Positions 48,365 through 57,343 of a stretch of DNA of 64,000 bases are shown in pieces. The stretch is from an uncultured Acidobacteriota bacterium. Its GTDB lineage: Bacteria > Acidobacteriota > Thermoanaerobaculia > Multivoradales > SZUA-115. The stretch lies in assembly GCA_963805975.1 (NCBI GenBank), contig CAWDVR010000003.1, forward strand, positions 160,001-224,000, read 5' to 3'. Positions within the stretch are counted from its first letter, which is position 1. Each line of letters starts with the position of its first letter. Both the position numbers and the translations under genes were made by a program. The notes beneath the pieces were generated by a model, which was given only the letters and a program-made list of their open reading frames with translations, searched no databases and was not told where the DNA came from.

Positions 48365-48532
48365 GTGAGCACCACTACGCTTTACCGTCCGGTGGGACCC
48401 AAGGGGCTTGCCCTTATTGAAGCGGGCGAGCTGGCGCGAGTGCCTCTAAGCCGTGACGTCCTGATCGCTCGGCAGCCAGCTACCCACCGGCCCGGCGCAC
48501 GCAGACCGGAGGCCCGTGGCCTCTGGCGTTAG
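48365..48532 (+). pseudogene. 5' remnant of a small conserved gene (family recalled as annotated ADP-ribosylation/crystallin J1-like)
   Basis: GGAGG + GTG, then STTTLYRPVGPKGLALIEAG; resemblance to the family ends after about 21 codons. Confidence 0.5.
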
Positions 48533-48855
48533 AGGTCTGCGTCCGGTGCTCCGCTTTGGCGCTTCCACAGGCGCGAGAGATCGCGGGCACCGTGGACGAA
48601 GGCGACTACCCAGATCATCTGTGGACCGACCTTGTAGATGAGTCGATAGCTCTTGACGAAGAGCTCGCGGGTATCTGGGGAGCTGGCCTCGGGAACCAGG
48701 CGGCCCCGGTCGGCCAGGGTCCTCAGAGACTTCGCAGCCGTTCTTGCTTCTCGCACCAAGGCCATCGCGTAAAACCGCGAGTCTCTGGCGATGAAGTCAG
48801 CGGCTTCCGCGAGATCCTCGGTGGCCGCTTCGGTCCACCTTACGGCTCGAGCCAC
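48529..48855 (-). CDS. RelE/ParE family toxin
   Basis: VRWTEAATEDL...IARDS...GRLVPE...RELFVKSYRLIY...HGARD. Confidence 0.9.
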   Translation of the reverse strand: MARAVRWTEAATEDLAEAADFIARDSRFYAMALVREARTAAKSLRTLADRGRLVPEASSPDTRELFVKSYRLIYKVGPQMIWVVAFVHGARDLSRLWKRQSGAPDADL

Positions 48856-49028
48856 ACTTTCATCCGCTGATCGAACTCGTCCTCGGACAGGGTATGGCCG
48901 TGCTCGATGTCTGAGAGGCCGCGATCGATCTTCTGGCGGACGTAGATGTGGTACTGGATGTCCTCGAGCGAGGCGTCCTCGGGCAGCCCCTCGAGGATCT
49001 GCATCACCTCGGCCTTGGCAGCACTCAT
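48840..49028 (-). CDS. Cognate antitoxin
   Basis: 62 aa acidic protein (LPEDASLEDIQYHIYVRQKIDRGL) overlapping the toxin start. Confidence 0.85.
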   Translation of the reverse strand: MSAAKAEVMQILEGLPEDASLEDIQYHIYVRQKIDRGLSDIEHGHTLSEDEFDQRMKVWLEP

Positions 49029-49053
49029 GGTTGGATCCTATCCCAGGCGCCCC

Positions 49054-49620
<567 letters not shown>

Positions 49621-49676
49621 GACGCCCTGTCCTTTCTCGCCGGAGGGGTTCTGCCGACTCCGGTATTCTAGCGGCA

Positions 49677-50243
49677 GTGCTGCGCCTCGTCCTCCAGGTC
49701 CTGACCTTCGCCTGGCCGATCTCCGAGATCGCGCTGGCCTTCCGCTTGCGCGCCAGGGGCAAGGCCGCGAGGCTCACCGACCGCGGCTCGACGGTGCTGC
49801 TGCTGGTGGTGATCATCGCCGCCCTGGCCGTGGCGCCCGCTCTCCGCCACTATCCGCCGACGCGGATCGAGCCCGTGGGCATCGCTCTCGACGCTCTCGC
49901 CCTCGTCTGCCTGCTGGCCGGCGTGGCGCTCCGCTGGTCGGCCATCCTCACCCTGGGAAGGCTCTTCACCGTCAACGTGGCGATCGACCGCGATCATTCG
50001 CTGATCCTGGTCGGGCCGTTCCGCTGGGTCCGTCACCCGGCCTACTCGGGGCTGCTCCTCGCCTTCCTCGGGGTTGGCCTGTCGCTCCACAACTGGCTGA
50101 GCCTGGCGGTCGTCATGGTGCCGATCTCGCTCGCGCTGCTCTACCGCATCACGGTCGAGGAGCGGGCGCTGCGCGAACGCTTCGGCGAGTCCTACGAGCG
50201 CTACGCGGCGCGCACCTACCGGCTGGTGCCGGGGGTCTATTGA
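49677..50243 (+). CDS. Isoprenylcysteine carboxylmethyltransferase (ICMT/Ste14) family membrane protein
   Basis: LGRLFT, GPFRWVRHPAYSG, RITVEERAL, RLVPGVY. Confidence 0.9.
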   Translation: MLRLVLQVLTFAWPISEIALAFRLRARGKAARLTDRGSTVLLLVVIIAALAVAPALRHYPPTRIEPVGIALDALALVCLLAGVALRWSAILTLGRLFTVNVAIDRDHSLILVGPFRWVRHPAYSGLLLAFLGVGLSLHNWLSLAVVMVPISLALLYRITVEERALRERFGESYERYAARTYRLVPGVY

Positions 50244-50310
50244 CCTCGCCCGGCGAGAACCCTGGACGCCGGGAGGCGTAGTAGCCGTAGAAACAGCCGC
50301 GGGAGAAAAA

Positions 50311-52212
50311 ATGAAGCTTCGCAAGCACCTCGCTCTCGCCTTCCTCGTCCTGGCCTCCCTTGAGGCTCGGGGAGACGACGAGGAAGACAAGGAAAAAGTC
50401 ATCCCGCAGACGCTGGCCGAGCTCGAGAGCGAGATCGGCAAGGTGCTCGCCGAGTCGAAGACGCCGGGCGTCGGGGTCACCCTGGTGTCGCGGGATGCGG
50501 TGCTCTGGACCGCCGGGATCGGCATCGCCGACGTCGCCTCGGGCCGGCCGGCCACGCCCGAGACCCTGTTCCGCATCGGCTCGATCTCGAAAGGTTTCGT
50601 CGCCCTCTCGGTGCTGGCGCTGGTCGAGGAGGGGCGCCTGGCGCTCGACGACACCGTGCGCTCGCTGGTGCCGGAAGTGGGCTTCGAGAACCGCTGGGAG
50701 GCGACCGACCCGGTGCGCGTCGTCCATCTGCTCGAGCACACGGCGGGCTTCGACGACATCCACCTGCGCGAGTACGCGCTGTCCGAGCCGGCGATCACGC
50801 TCGCCGACGCCCTGGCCTTCGATCCCAAGAGCCGGGTCTCGCGCTGGCGGCCCGGCACCCGCACCTCCTACTGCAACTCCGGCCCGCCGATCGCCGCGCG
50901 CATCGTGGGAAAGCTCACCGGTGTGCCCTTCGAGCAGTTCGTCGCAGAGCGCTTCTTCACGCCGCTCGGCATGAGGACCGCCACTTACTTCGAGACCGAG
51001 GCGGCGAAGCCGCTCCTCGCCACCCTCTACCAGGACGACGGCAAGACGCCGTTTCCCTACTGGCACATCTCGCTCCGGCCCTCGGGCAGCATCAACGCCT
51101 CGGCGGCGGAGATGGCGAACTACGTGCGCTTCTATCTCGGGCGCGGCACCTTCGAGGGCCGGACACTGCTCCAGCCGGCGTCGATCGAGCGCATGGAGAC
51201 TCCCGCCACCAACTGGGCCTCCCGCGCGGGCCTCACCACCGGCTACGCGCTCAACAACTACACCACCCTGAGCCACGGCTTCGTCTTCCACGGCCACAAC
51301 GGCGGCGTCAACGGCGGCCTGGCGGAGATGGCCTACCTGCCGGAGGCGGGGCTGGGCTACGCCTTCGCGATCAACAGCGGCAACGGCGAAGCCTTCGGCG
51401 ACATCGGCACCCTGGTTCGCAACTACCTCACCCGCGATCTGGCCAAGCCACCGGTACCCGCTTCAGCCGCCGTGCCCGCCGAGCTGGCGGCACGGTTCTC
51501 CGGCTACTACCGGCCGGCGAGCCCGCGCCAGGAAGCGCTCCGCTTCGCCGAGCGGCTGCTCGGCACGGCGAAGGTCGGGGTCACGGCGGACGGCCTGACG
51601 CTCTCCCAGCTCTTCGAGGCGCCGCGGCGGTACGCGGCGGTCTCCGAGCGTTTGTTCCGCGCCCTGGCGAGAGAGGGGGAGGCGGAGGAGGACCGCGCCG
51701 CCTCTCTGGCGCTGATCGAGGACCCCGAGGAAGGTCTCTTCGTGCAGACGGCCGGCAGCACCTTCGCGAGAGCCTCCGGCATCGCGATCTGGCTCGAGCG
51801 CCTGGTGGCGGTGGCCGCGGTGGCGCTCCTGCTCTCGGCGCCGCTCTTCGCCCTGGTGTGGGTGCCGCGCGCGCTCTTCGGTCGCCTGCGGGGCCTGCGC
51901 ACGCTGGTCGTGCGGGCGGTGCCGCTCCTCGCCGTCCTGTGCTTCCTGGGGCTGGGGCTGCTCCTCGTCGCGGCCTCGGCCGACGCCATCCCGCGGCTCG
52001 GCAAGGTCACCTTCTGGTCCGTCGGCGTGACCGTGCTCTCGGTGATCTTCGCCTTCTTCTCTCTCCTCGGCCTGGGCCTCGCCGCGCGCGCGCCGGCGGG
52101 GGAGATGAACCGCTGGGCCCGGCGCTACTGCCTGGCCCTCTCCGCGGCCAACGTGACCGTCGCCGCCTACCTCGCGTATTTCGGCTGGATCGGAGTGAGA
52201 ACGTGGACCTGA
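50311..52212 (+). CDS. Serine hydrolase (beta-lactamase class C-like) with C-terminal TM segments
   Basis: FRIGSISK (SxxK), LLEHTAG, YCN, HNGG. Confidence 0.9.
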   Translation: MKLRKHLALAFLVLASLEARGDDEEDKEKVIPQTLAELESEIGKVLAESKTPGVGVTLVSRDAVLWTAGIGIADVASGRPATPETLFRIGSISKGFVALSVLALVEEGRLALDDTVRSLVPEVGFENRWEATDPVRVVHLLEHTAGFDDIHLREYALSEPAITLADALAFDPKSRVSRWRPGTRTSYCNSGPPIAARIVGKLTGVPFEQFVAERFFTPLGMRTATYFETEAAKPLLATLYQDDGKTPFPYWHISLRPSGSINASAAEMANYVRFYLGRGTFEGRTLLQPASIERMETPATNWASRAGLTTGYALNNYTTLSHGFVFHGHNGGVNGGLAEMAYLPEAGLGYAFAINSGNGEAFGDIGTLVRNYLTRDLAKPPVPASAAVPAELAARFSGYYRPASPRQEALRFAERLLGTAKVGVTADGLTLSQLFEAPRRYAAVSERLFRALAREGEAEEDRAASLALIEDPEEGLFVQTAGSTFARASGIAIWLERLVAVAAVALLLSAPLFALVWVPRALFGRLRGLRTLVVRAVPLLAVLCFLGLGLLLVAASADAIPRLGKVTFWSVGVTVLSVIFAFFSLLGLGLAARAPAGEMNRWARRYCLALSAANVTVAAYLAYFGWIGVRTWT

Positions 52213-53156
52213 AGCGTCTCCCGGCCCTGGTGCTCGCCTTCTCCATGGTCCCGGGCTGCGGGTCGACCGGCGGCAGCGCGCCGCGGGCCGCGCCGCCTGC
52301 GCCGGCACCGCTCTTCGAGTTCCATAGCGGCTTCTGGCTCAATCTTCACCAGGGGCTGCACTACGCGGCCACGGCGCGCCGTCCACCCGAGGGCCCGCCG
52401 GACGCGGCCTGGAAGGCGGCGGTGGATCTCTACCGGCGAAAATTCGGCGAGGACGGTGCCATGGGACTGCTGTTCGACGCTGAGCTGGTCGCTCTCAGCC
52501 GCCAACTGAGCGCGCTCGGCTCGGCACCGGAGCTCTCCGGGGTGGAGCCCGAGCTGGCCGTGCACCTCGCCGCCGCGGCCGAGGTGGTGCGCGGTGACTG
52601 GCCGCGAGAGGACGCGGCCCACCGCGCGTGGATCGTCGCCCTCGAACCACTGCTGGCCCGTCATGGTGGAGCGCTCCGCTCCGAGCTGGAGAAGGCCTAC
52701 CAGGCAGCCTGGCCCGCGACGCCGATCCGGGTCGACGTCTCCCGATGGGCCGGTGCGGTAGGCGCCTACACCGTGCTCGACCCGCCGTACATCACGGTCT
52801 CGAGCGGCGATCCTTCCTATGCCGGCGAGGCCGCCCTCGAGATGATCTTCCACGAGACCTCGCATGCCCTGATCGAAAACGTGTCGCAACGGCTTCAGAC
52901 CGAGGCCACGAAGCAGGGACGGCGCCCGCCGCGCGATCTTTGGCATGCCGTGCTCTTCTACTCGACCGGCGAGATCGTAAAGCGCCGGCTCGGTCCGAGC
53001 TACGTGCCCTACGCCGAGAAGAACGGCCTCTGGCAGGGGGCGTGGGGCCAGTTCAAGCCCGTCCTCGAACGGGACTGGCAGCCCTATCTCGACGGCAAGG
53101 TGGACCTCGACACCGCCGTGAGCGCTCTCGTCGCCGGATTGCCGGACGGCGGCTGA
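52209..53156 (+). CDS. Hypothetical lipoprotein with HExxH motif
   Basis: Lipoprotein-like signal (VPGC); FWLNLH, MIFHETSH, LWHAVLF. Start may be CTG overlapping the upstream TGA or ATG 52245. Confidence 0.65.
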   Translation: MKRLPALVLAFSMVPGCGSTGGSAPRAAPPAPAPLFEFHSGFWLNLHQGLHYAATARRPPEGPPDAAWKAAVDLYRRKFGEDGAMGLLFDAELVALSRQLSALGSAPELSGVEPELAVHLAAAAEVVRGDWPREDAAHRAWIVALEPLLARHGGALRSELEKAYQAAWPATPIRVDVSRWAGAVGAYTVLDPPYITVSSGDPSYAGEAALEMIFHETSHALIENVSQRLQTEATKQGRRPPRDLWHAVLFYSTGEIVKRRLGPSYVPYAEKNGLWQGAWGQFKPVLERDWQPYLDGKVDLDTAVSALVAGLPDGG

Positions 53157-53166
53157 GGGCGGGCCG

Positions 53167-53901
53167 CTATTCCACGGCGCCGTCCGCCGGCTCGCCGTCC
53201 TGGCTCGGGGCGCTCTTTCGTCCCTGGCGGGAGCGCCGGCTGACGCGCTTCTCCTCGCGCAGGCGCTCCTTGTCGCGCGTGTCCTGCGCCAGGTGGACGT
53301 CGCGCACACTCTGCTGGAAGAGCTGCATCACCTCGCGCCGGGTGAGGCCCGGGAACAGCTCTTCGTCGAGGTCGGCCAACCGCGCCAGCCGTCCGGCCAC
53401 GCCGTAGAGCTCCTCGAAGAAGGCCGCCGGCTGGAGGTGCAGCGCGGCGAGGATGCCGAGCACGTGCTCGACCTTGAGCTCGAGGTTGCCGCGCAGCACC
53501 TGGTTGACGTAGTCGGGATGCTCGCCCATGCGGCGGGCCACCTCGCGCTGCGAGATCTCCGACTCGGCGATCTTCACCCACAGCCGATCGCGCAGCCGCT
53601 CGACCTCGAAGTCCACGTCCAGAGGGCGCAACGGTATCGTTCCCCGCAGCATGGAGGGCGGCAACAGGTCGGTGAAGCCGTAGAGGTCCGCGAACAGAGA
53701 GACGGGCGCGAGCTCGACCTCCGAGCAGATCTTGAACACCACGCGCACGGTCAGTCGCGCACTGCCACCCAGCAGTTGGGTGAGGTAGTGCGGATTGAAG
53801 CCACAGCGCACGGAGAGCTCTCTGAGCGGCACTCTGGCCTTGCGGGCCGCCAGCTTGAGGCGTGCGATCAAGCCGTGAATTTCTGTGTCGAAGCTGACCA
53901 C
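53167..53901 (-). CDS. Transcriptional regulator with two tandem XRE-like HTH domains
   Basis: Internal repeat LRELSVRCG..PHYLTQLLGG..RLTV..LFADLYG and QREVARRMG..PDYVNQVLRGNLELKV..FFEELYG; GTG start at 53901 inferred. Confidence 0.8.
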   Translation of the reverse strand: MVSFDTEIHGLIARLKLAARKARVPLRELSVRCGFNPHYLTQLLGGSARLTVRVVFKICSEVELAPVSLFADLYGFTDLLPPSMLRGTIPLRPLDVDFEVERLRDRLWVKIAESEISQREVARRMGEHPDYVNQVLRGNLELKVEHVLGILAALHLQPAAFFEELYGVAGRLARLADLDEELFPGLTRREVMQLFQQSVRDVHLAQDTRDKERLREEKRVSRRSRQGRKSAPSQDGEPADGAVE

Positions 53902-54129
53902 GTGTTCACCGTAGCATAGCCGTGAAAAATCGAACAAATCGCCGGTAGATCGCGTTCCCCGTCCGCTCTTCGCCCTGCTGCCAGAACCACTCCGAACGTT
54001 GCTCCTCCCTGCCGCCGGCCCCGGCGGACCGCGGTGAGAAAAGCGCCACGTAAATTCGTTCCACCCCGTGTGCGCGGACCTCGTGGCCATGGTGGCGGCG
54101 GGCGTGACCGCGCCCGGAAGGAGTGATCT

Positions 54130-54456
54130 ATGTCCTCTCGAAACGCGCGGTCCGTCGTCGCTTCAGTTCTCGTTCTGTGGACCGCCTCAACACCCAGCCC
54201 AGCCCTCGCCTCGCCGTTCGGCGTCGGCGAGCGGGCGAGCGCCGTGCTCGAACGTCTTTGGAATGGCCTTTCTTCGTTGTGGGAGAAGGAAGGGTGCCAG
54301 ATCTTGCCGGACGGCAGGATCGTGTGCCCGAAGCCGGATGTAGTGCCGCCGGGGATCGGCCCCACGCTGCCGCCGGTCGAGCCCAAGCCTGCGAGTCGAG
54401 CGCCGCAGGAGCCGGACGCGGCTGAGCCTCTTCGGGCCCGGCCGAACACGGTCTAG
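54130..54456 (+). CDS. Small secreted peptide/protein with LWxxLxxLWEKEGCxIxPDG motif and Pro-rich tail
   Basis: AGGAG RBS, Sec signal ending ALA, amphipathic Trp helix, C-x9-C loop. Confidence 0.72.
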   Translation: MSSRNARSVVASVLVLWTASTPSPALASPFGVGERASAVLERLWNGLSSLWEKEGCQILPDGRIVCPKPDVVPPGIGPTLPPVEPKPASRAPQEPDAAEPLRARPNTV

Positions 54457-54479
54457 CCCCGCGGGTCGAGGTGAGCTTT

Positions 54480-54517
54480 GAAAGAGGGGGAAGAGGCTGG
54501 CCTCTTCCCCCTCTTTC
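54480..54517 (+). terminator. 18-bp perfect inverted repeat (terminator/stabilising hairpin)
   Basis: gaaagagggggaagaggc-tg-gcctcttccccctctttc, followed by a pyrimidine run. Confidence 0.75.
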
Positions 54518-54544
54518 TCTCTTCCGGTAGACTCTTTGTTGCCG

Positions 54545-55705
54545 ATGCGTGAACATCCCGCTAGCTACGAGAAGGCGTTCACTTCTGCCTTGGAGCGAGC
54601 TTTGGAAGGAGTGCCCGAGCCTCCCGACCGGGAGACCCTCGCGCGAGTCTGCAATCGCCTGCTGCGCCGCCGCTCCGGGCACCTCGAGATGATGGCCGCG
54701 AACAGCCCGCTCGAACGCCGGGTTCTCGTGGTGCGCGAGCTGGTCCGGCACAGCGAATCCTACCGCTTCAGCGACGCCCGGCGCATGATGCTCCACGCGC
54801 GGGCCGCGGTCACCGTGGCGGACGGCCTCCCGGCCTCGGCGGCGCCCGCCGGAACCCTGGCCGATGTGCAGGCCGAGGCCTGGGCCTGCCTCGCCAACGC
54901 GCTGCGCTTGAGCGGCGACAGCCGCGCGGCGGAAGAAGCCTGGAGCCAGGCCGAGATCCATCTCGCAGCCGGCACCGGCGACGCCCTGCTGGCGGCGAAG
55001 CTGGCGCGCTTCAAGGGTGTGCTGCGCTTACGGCAGCGGCGCTTCGGCGAGGCGGTCGAGCTCCTGGAGGGGGCGGCCTCGGCGTACGAGGGAGCGGGCG
55101 AGCTCGACCAGGCGGGCCGCACTTGGATCACTCTCGGTGTCGCCCAGCACGAGCGCGGCGACCTGCCGCAGGCCGCACAGGGCGCGTTTCGCGGCGGTCA
55201 GCTCATCGACCGGCAGAGCTCTCCCGAACTCGCCATCGCGGCCCTCAACAACCTCGTCTTCTATCTCCACCAGGCCGGCCACCAGCAGGATGCCGAGTAC
55301 TTCCTGGCGCTGATCCGTGACCTGGTGGCGCGCCAGCGAATGGAGATCGAGACGCTGCGGCTGCGTTGGCTGGCGGCCAAGATGTCCGCCGCCGCGGGCC
55401 GCAAGACGCAGGCGCGCCACGAGCTCGACGCCGTCCGCCGCGGCTTCATCGACCAGAGCCTGCCCTACGATGCGGCCCTGGTCTCGCTCGAGCTCGCCCT
55501 GCTCTACGCCGAGTCCGGCTCCGGAGTCGAGGTGGAGCGCCTGGCGACCGAGATGTACCCCATCTTCCTGTCCGCTGACCTGCCGCGCGAGGCCACGGCC
55601 TCACTGCTCCTCTTCGTGCAGGCGGTCCAAGACCGCAAAGCCAGCCCGGACCGCATCCGCGAGCTGCTCGCCAGCCTCGAAACCCAGCGCAGCGCGCGCG
55701 AGTAG
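54545..55705 (+). CDS. TPR-repeat protein (cytoplasmic)
   Basis: AEAWACLANALRLSGD..AAEEAW, LRWLAAK, VRRGF...YDAALVSLELALLY helical repeats; no signal peptide. Confidence 0.82.
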   Translation: MREHPASYEKAFTSALERALEGVPEPPDRETLARVCNRLLRRRSGHLEMMAANSPLERRVLVVRELVRHSESYRFSDARRMMLHARAAVTVADGLPASAAPAGTLADVQAEAWACLANALRLSGDSRAAEEAWSQAEIHLAAGTGDALLAAKLARFKGVLRLRQRRFGEAVELLEGAASAYEGAGELDQAGRTWITLGVAQHERGDLPQAAQGAFRGGQLIDRQSSPELAIAALNNLVFYLHQAGHQQDAEYFLALIRDLVARQRMEIETLRLRWLAAKMSAAAGRKTQARHELDAVRRGFIDQSLPYDAALVSLELALLYAESGSGVEVERLATEMYPIFLSADLPREATASLLLFVQAVQDRKASPDRIRELLASLETQRSARE

Positions 55706-55802
55706 CGCTCCTCCTCCGCCACGAAGGCTTTGGGCGCCGCTGCGCCCACTGCCAGAGGTTTGATCTTCATAAAATGTATAGAGTGAATAATCATAGTTTC
55801 TG

Positions 55803-55831
55803 TTGACCCTCCGCTGAATCAGCGCTATAAA
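55803..55831 (+). promoter_or_regulatory. Sigma70-type promoter, probably leaderless
   Basis: TTGACC-17 nt-TATAAA, ending 7 nt before ATG 55838; AT-rich tract upstream. Confidence 0.7.
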
Positions 55832-55837
55832 AGCTGC

Positions 55838-56653
55838 ATGACTCTCATGCTAGCGGCCGCGTCCTCTATGGGGAGAGGCGGGGCGCCGGGCTCGGGCGCC
55901 GGCTACGCACAAGCGTTCGCCAGCGTCAAGCGGCGGCTGGCGAGCCGGGCGCGCTCGGCGGGAGACGCGGTCGACTGGCAGCACCTCACGGACCTCTATC
56001 TCGCCCTGCCGCCCGCCGAGCGCAGCGACCGCCTGGCCGCGGACCCCAACGGGAGTCGCCTCGAGCTGGGCCTGGCGATGGTCGATCGCGCCACCGGGGT
56101 GCTCGCCCGTTCCCGTGCCGAAGCCGGCGAGCTGGCGGACCTCGGCTTGCTGGTGGTGGACCGGGCCGTGGAGGAGGGTGGCGCCGCGGTCGAGCCGGGG
56201 GGCCTGGCGGTGGCGCTGGACGCCGCGGCCACGGGCTGGGCGGTGCATGCCGAGGTCGCTCTGCTGGACGACGATCGCGAGCGCGCCGAGCTGGCGCTCC
56301 TCACCGCTCGCCTCCTCGCCGACCACGGCTCGGGCGACCCGCTGGTGGCGGGAGCGGTGGCCATGGCGCAGGCCCTCTTCCTCTGGGTGGCCGGCGACCT
56401 CGAGCAGACCGCGGGCCACATCGACAGCGCGGTGGCCCTCTATCGCCAGGTGGGGGAAGGGCGCCGCGAGGCCCTGGCCCTGCTGCGCAAAGCGATGTTG
56501 CTCGATGGTGCCGGCCGTACGAGCGAAGCCCGGCAGGCGCTGGCCCGCGTGGTCGAGCTCAGCCGGACCGGCACTCTGTCGGAGGAGGCCCGCGGGCTCC
56601 TGGAGCAGCTCCTGGCCGAGCTGGGGACCGGCGAGGAAGGGACCTCGCGCTGA
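55838..56653 (+). CDS. Second, shorter TPR-like protein, paralogous to 54545..55705
   Basis: Shared YxxAF, GxGDxL and A(W)A..A..A..L..D...AE.A patterns. Confidence 0.72.
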   Translation: MTLMLAAASSMGRGGAPGSGAGYAQAFASVKRRLASRARSAGDAVDWQHLTDLYLALPPAERSDRLAADPNGSRLELGLAMVDRATGVLARSRAEAGELADLGLLVVDRAVEEGGAAVEPGGLAVALDAAATGWAVHAEVALLDDDRERAELALLTARLLADHGSGDPLVAGAVAMAQALFLWVAGDLEQTAGHIDSAVALYRQVGEGRREALALLRKAMLLDGAGRTSEARQALARVVELSRTGTLSEEARGLLEQLLAELGTGEEGTSR

Positions 56654-56681
56654 GGATCCCGGCGAGACCTCGTGGCGGCCG

Positions 56682-57341
56682 TCAGGCGACCGGAGACGCG
56701 AGCGCGGCCGCGGCCCCGTCCAGCAGAACCTGGAAGCGTTCGTAGAAGCGTCCCACGTGGAGGCCGTCCATCAGCGCGTGGTGCACCTCGACGGAAACCG
56801 GCATCCGGCGGCGCTCGCCGGCCGCCCGGTGCTTGCCGAAGACCACCTTGGGCACCGAGTCGTCCGCGCGCCGCCGGCGCGCATGGGCGAAGCTCGTGAA
56901 CGAGACCCACGGGATCACCGAGTAGTGCAGCAGGTCGTCGCGCTCGTCGCTCGGGCGCAGGGAGCCGGGATCTTGCCGCACCTCGTCCAGCACCTGTGAG
57001 GCCGCGCTGGCGAAATGCGGAAAGTCCGGCTCGTAATTGAAGTAGGCGAAGGTGAAGGTCTCGTCCGGCAGCAGCACGGTCGATCCGCCGTGCACCACCT
57101 CGTGCACCATCACCCGCTCGCCGCGCAGGCGGTAGCGGAAGGGCTCGATCGCGTTGGCGGCCGAGAGCGAGAGGAAGAGCGAGGCGAGGAAGAACGAAGG
57201 CCCGTCAGGTGCCGCAGAGAGCTCGGCCAGCCGCGTCACATCCACCTCGGCCGAGAGATTGAAGAATGGTTGCTCGTAGCCGCGGAAGAGATGGAAGTGC
57301 TGCCGCCGCGGCCAGGTCGATAGGTCGAGCTCGTGGGGCAT
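56682..57341 (-). CDS. cat: Chloramphenicol acetyltransferase (CatA-like) family protein
   Basis: WPRRQHFHLF, FRYR, SVIPWVSFTS, VHHALMDGLHVGRF. Confidence 0.88.
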   Translation of the reverse strand: MPHELDLSTWPRRQHFHLFRGYEQPFFNLSAEVDVTRLAELSAAPDGPSFFLASLFLSLSAANAIEPFRYRLRGERVMVHEVVHGGSTVLLPDETFTFAYFNYEPDFPHFASAASQVLDEVRQDPGSLRPSDERDDLLHYSVIPWVSFTSFAHARRRRADDSVPKVVFGKHRAAGERRRMPVSVEVHHALMDGLHVGRFYERFQVLLDGAAAALASPVA

Positions 57342-57343
57342 CG

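Noticed and set aside
53167-56653. Prophage immunity region or RiPP cluster
   Set aside because: No integrase, structural phage genes, modifying enzymes or dedicated peptide transporter nearby.
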